DNA from: Obrimoposthia wandeli
Lineage: Eukaryota
Assembly (NCBI GenBank): GCA_977020255.1
Contig: CDROCS010001760.1
Span: forward strand, 62,001-126,000
Direction: 5' to 3'
DNA: 64,000 nt
A program made the translations under genes and the position numbers. The stretch's first letter is position 1. Every line of letters begins with the position of its first letter. The notes under the pieces are model-generated. The model saw nothing but the letters and a program-made list of their open reading frames with translations. It was not told where the DNA came from and did no database searches. Positions 60,218-64,000 of the stretch are shown here, in pieces.

Positions 60218-60294
60218 CAACGCGAAGAACCTTACCATCCCTTGACATCCAGAGAAGAGACTAGAGATAGACTTGTGCCTTCGGGAACTCTGTG

Positions 60295-60326
<32 letters not shown>

Positions 60327-60332
60327 TGTGAA

Positions 60333-60367
<35 letters not shown>

Positions 60368-60408
60368 ATCCTTATTTGCCAGCGCGTAGTGGCGGGAACT
60401 CTAAGGAG

Positions 60409-60461
<53 letters not shown>

Positions 60462-60554
60462 CTTACGGGATGGGCTACACACGTGCTACAATGGCAAGTA
60501 CAGAGGGCAGCAATACCGCGAGGTGGAGCGAATCCCACAAAGCTTGTCGTAGTC

Positions 60555-60605
<51 letters not shown>

Positions 60606-60616
60606 TAGATCAGAAT

Positions 60617-60673
<57 letters not shown>

Positions 60674-60732
60674 GGTTGCAAAAGAAGTGGCTAGTTTAAC
60701 CCTTCGGGGAGGACGGTCACCACTTTGTGATT

Positions 60733-60763
<31 letters not shown>

Positions 60764-60796
60764 CCTAGGGGAACCTGGGGTTGGATCACCTCCTTA
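59253..60796 (+). rRNA. rrs: 16S rRNA (apparently mosaic)
   Basis: AGAGTTTGATCATGGCTCAG to GGATCACCTCCTTA. Confidence 0.98.
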
Positions 60797-60899
60797 TCTT
60801 GAAGTAAAACAGCTTAATGAGAACCTCGGTTCTACGAGTGTTCACACAAATTACATGATAACAAATTAGAAGAAGAAAACGTAAACCCTAGTATAATAA

Positions 60900-60975
60900 G
60901 GGGCTATAGCTCAGCTGGGAGAGCGCCTGCCTTGCACGCAGGAGGTCAGCAGTTCGATCCTGCTTAGCTCCACCA
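60900..60975 (+). tRNA. tRNA-Ala(TGC)
   Basis: GGGGCTATAGCTCAG...TTGCAC...TTCGATC...CTCCACCA. Confidence 0.96.
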
Positions 60976-61009
60976 CTTATTATACAGTATCGATGTTTTG
61001 ATACGATGC

Positions 61010-61025
61010 AGGTCTGTAGCTCAGC

Positions 61026-61058
<33 letters not shown>

Positions 61059-61086
61059 GGCAGTTCAAGTCTGCCCAGACCTACCA
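61010..61086 (+). tRNA. tRNA-Ile(GAT)
   Basis: AGGTCTGTAGCTCAG...CTGATAA...TTCAAGT...CCTACCA. Confidence 0.96.
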
Positions 61087-61515
61087 ATCTTCTTCACTAA
61101 AGAAAGAAACATTTTCTCTCTTTATAAGAGACCAAATTAAGTTACGCTTTTAAAATGAGATGATTTAAGTTTGGTTTTTTAAACCACGATTTATGCCGAA
61201 TGCGTGCATTAATTGAATTCTTTAACAATCTGGAAAGCTGATATAAATACCGGTATTTATATGGCAAACACGGTGTCGCGCTGTTGTTTGTAAATTATAA
61301 ATACCAAGCTGTTATTAATAGGAATATCGCCTGTTAATAATGGTGATTACGGGTCCTCCTCGGAAACGTAATCAACCCGGTAATAAATCGTAAGATTTGT
61401 TACCACTCTTATTCAAGACACACTTTGTGTGCGTGAAAATGTCAGACTTTACAATTGCGTTGGTTTAGTCACCAATGTGTACTTTGTTTTCTTTCGAGAC
61501 TACTTAGGGTTGTAT

Positions 61516-61960
61516 GGTTAAGTGACTAAGCGTATGTGGTGGATGCCTTGGCAGTTAGAGGCGATGAAGGACGTGTTAATCTGCGAAAAGCTCAGGTGAG
61601 GTGATAAAAACCGTTATAGCCTGAGATGTCCGAATGGGGAAACCCACCCGTCGTAAGGCGGGTATCATTAAGTGAATACATAGCTTAATGAGGCGAACCG
61701 GGAGAACTGAAACATCTAAGTACCCCGAGGAAAAGAAATCAACCGAGATTTCCTTAGTAGCGGCGAGCGAACGGGAATTAGCCCTTAAGTGGTTTGTAAG
61801 TTAGTGGAATCTACTGGAAAGTAGAACGATACAGGGTGATAGTCCCGTACACGAAAATAAACTTATCATGAAATCGAGTAGGTCGGCACACGTGAAACGT
61901 TGACTGAACATGGAGGACCATCTCCCAAGACTAAATACTACTTAGTGACCGATAGTGAAT

Positions 61961-61991
<31 letters not shown>

Positions 61992-62480
61992 GGAAGGGGA
62001 GTGAAATAGAACCTGAAACCGCATACGTACAAGCAGTGAGAGCCGGATTTAGTCCGGTGATTGCGTACCTTTTGTATAATGGGTCAGCGACTTATATTCT
62101 GTAGCAAGGTTAACTGAATAGGGGGAGCCGTAGCGAAAGCGAGTGTTAACTGCGCGTTTAGTTGCAGGGTATAGACCCGAAACCCGGCGATTCTACCCAT
62201 GGGCAGGTTGAAGGTTGAGTAACATCAACTGGAGGACCGAACACACGTATGTTGAAAAAAATGCGGTGATGACTTGTGGTCGGAGTGAAAGGCTAATCAA
62301 GCCGGGAGATAGCTGGTTCTCCCCGAAATCTATTTAGGTAGAGCCTCGCACGAACACCATTGGGGGTAGAGCACTGTTAAGGCTAGGGGGTCATCCCGAC
62401 TTACCAACCCTTTGCAAACTCCGAATACCAATGAGTGATATGCGGGAGACACACTACGGGTGCTAACGTCCGTTGTGAAG

Positions 62481-62513
<33 letters not shown>

Positions 62514-63385
62514 AAAGTACTAGTTAAGTGGGAAACGATGTGGAAAGGCATAGACAGCTAGGAGGTTGGCTTAGAAGCAGCCATCCTTTAAAGAAAGCGT
62601 AATAGCTCACTAGTCGAGTCGGTCTGCGCGGAAGATGTAACGGGGCTAAACTAGTCACCGAAGCTGCGGATTTGAACTTAGGTTCAAGTGGTAGGGGAGC
62701 GTTCTGTAAGCCGTTGAAGGTGAATTGAGAAGTTTGCTGGAGGTATCAGAAGTGCGAATGCTGACATGAGTAACGATAAGGGGAGTGAAAAACTCCCCCG
62801 CCGAAAGACCAAGGTTTCCTGTCCCATGTTAATCAGGGCAGGGTAAGTCGGCCCCTAAGGCGAGGCGGAAACGCGTAGTCGATGGGAAACAGATTAATAT
62901 TTCTGTACTTCTATATATTGCGAAGGAGGGACGGAGTAGGCTAAACAAGCACGGCGTTGGTAGTCCGTGTGAAAGTATGTAGGTGGTTGTCTTAGGTAAA
63001 TCCGGGACTTCATTAACACTGAGATACGAGACGAGACTCTACGGAGTTGAAGTTGTTGATGCCATGCTTCCAGGAAAAGCTTCTAAGCTTCAGATATATA
63101 GGAACCGTACCCCAAACCGACACAGGTGGTTAGGTAGAGAATACTAAGGCGCTTGAGAGAACTCGGGTGAAGGAACTAGGCAAAATAGTACCGTAACTTC
63201 GGGAGAAGGTACGCTCTCTAGTGTGAAGCCCTTGCGGCGTAAGCACAGGAGAGTCGAAGTAACCAGGTGGCTGGAACTGTTTATTAAAACACAGCACTGT
63301 GCAAAATCGAAAGATGACGTATACGGTGTGACGCCCCCGTGCCGGAAGGTTAATTGATTGGGTTAGTTTTCGGACGAAGCTCATG

Positions 63386-63480
<95 letters not shown>

Positions 63481-63863
63481 CATGGCCACACTGTCTCCAC
63501 CCGAGACTCAGTGAAATTGAAATTGCGGTTAAGATGCCGTATACCCGCGGCTAGACGGAAAGACCCCGTGAACCTTTACTATAGCTTGACAGTGAACATT
63601 GCTCCTACATGTGTAGGATAGGTGGGAGACTATGAAACCATGTCGCTAGATGTGGTGGAGTCTACCTTGAAATACCACCCTTGTATGCGTGATGTTCTAA
63701 CCTAGGGCCCTTATCGGGCTTGGGGACACTGTCTGGTGGGTAGTTTGATCAGGGGCGGTCTCCTCCTAAAGAGTAACGGAGGAGCACGAAGGTTGGCTAA
63801 GTACGGTCGGACATCGTACGGTTAGTGCAATGGCATAAGCCAGCTTAACTGCGAGACAGACAC

Positions 63864-63962
<99 letters not shown>

Positions 63963-64000
63963 ACCGCCCAAGAGTTCATATCGACGGCGGTGTTTGGCAC
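61516..64000 (+). rRNA. rrl: 23S rRNA (runs off the window end)
   Basis: GGTTAAGTGACTAAGCG...GGATGCCTTGG start; conserved GAACTGAAACATCTAAGTA and GGTAGCGAAATTCCTTGTC. Confidence 0.98.

Noticed and set aside
59154-63384. Several ORFs on the minus strand of the rRNA operon
   Set aside because: Antisense shadows of the leader, 16S and 23S rRNA

Overview
Chromosomal window of a marine Alteromonadales gammaproteobacterium. The 16S variable regions and core genes point to Colwelliaceae (Colwellia-like). Contents from left to right: (1) a dispersed RpoE-ChrR singlet-oxygen/light regulon, with seven matching TGATC-N17-CGTA promoters I found by eye, a photolyase and a probable furan-fatty-acid gene set; (2) a ~13 kb accessory stretch with a substrate-binding-protein/diguanylate-cyclase pair, a glucosylglycerate cluster, integron gene cassettes with an attC site but no integrase, and a HUH (RAYT-like) transposase with tandemly repeated ends; (3) a tightly coupled four-gene operon encoding a coiled-coil protein, a membrane protein with a predicted longin/roadblock-like domain plus OmpA domain, a eukaryote-like Rab/Ras small GTPase, and a GGDEF-EAL protein, which is the best candidate for an undescribed system; (4) a Bacteroidetes-style hmu-like locus (TonB receptor, double HmuY, MotA/ExbB, DUF2149, exported CobN-like protein) with a putative Fur box; (5) two tandem alkaline phosphatases behind a six-half-site Pho box array; (6) core genes (cysG-like, prmA-dusB-fis, purH, purD) with an ERIC-like MITE; (7) an rRNA operon whose 16S and 23S look mosaic, so parts of this assembly may be artefactual. 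All family calls come from motif recognition only; no searches were run.
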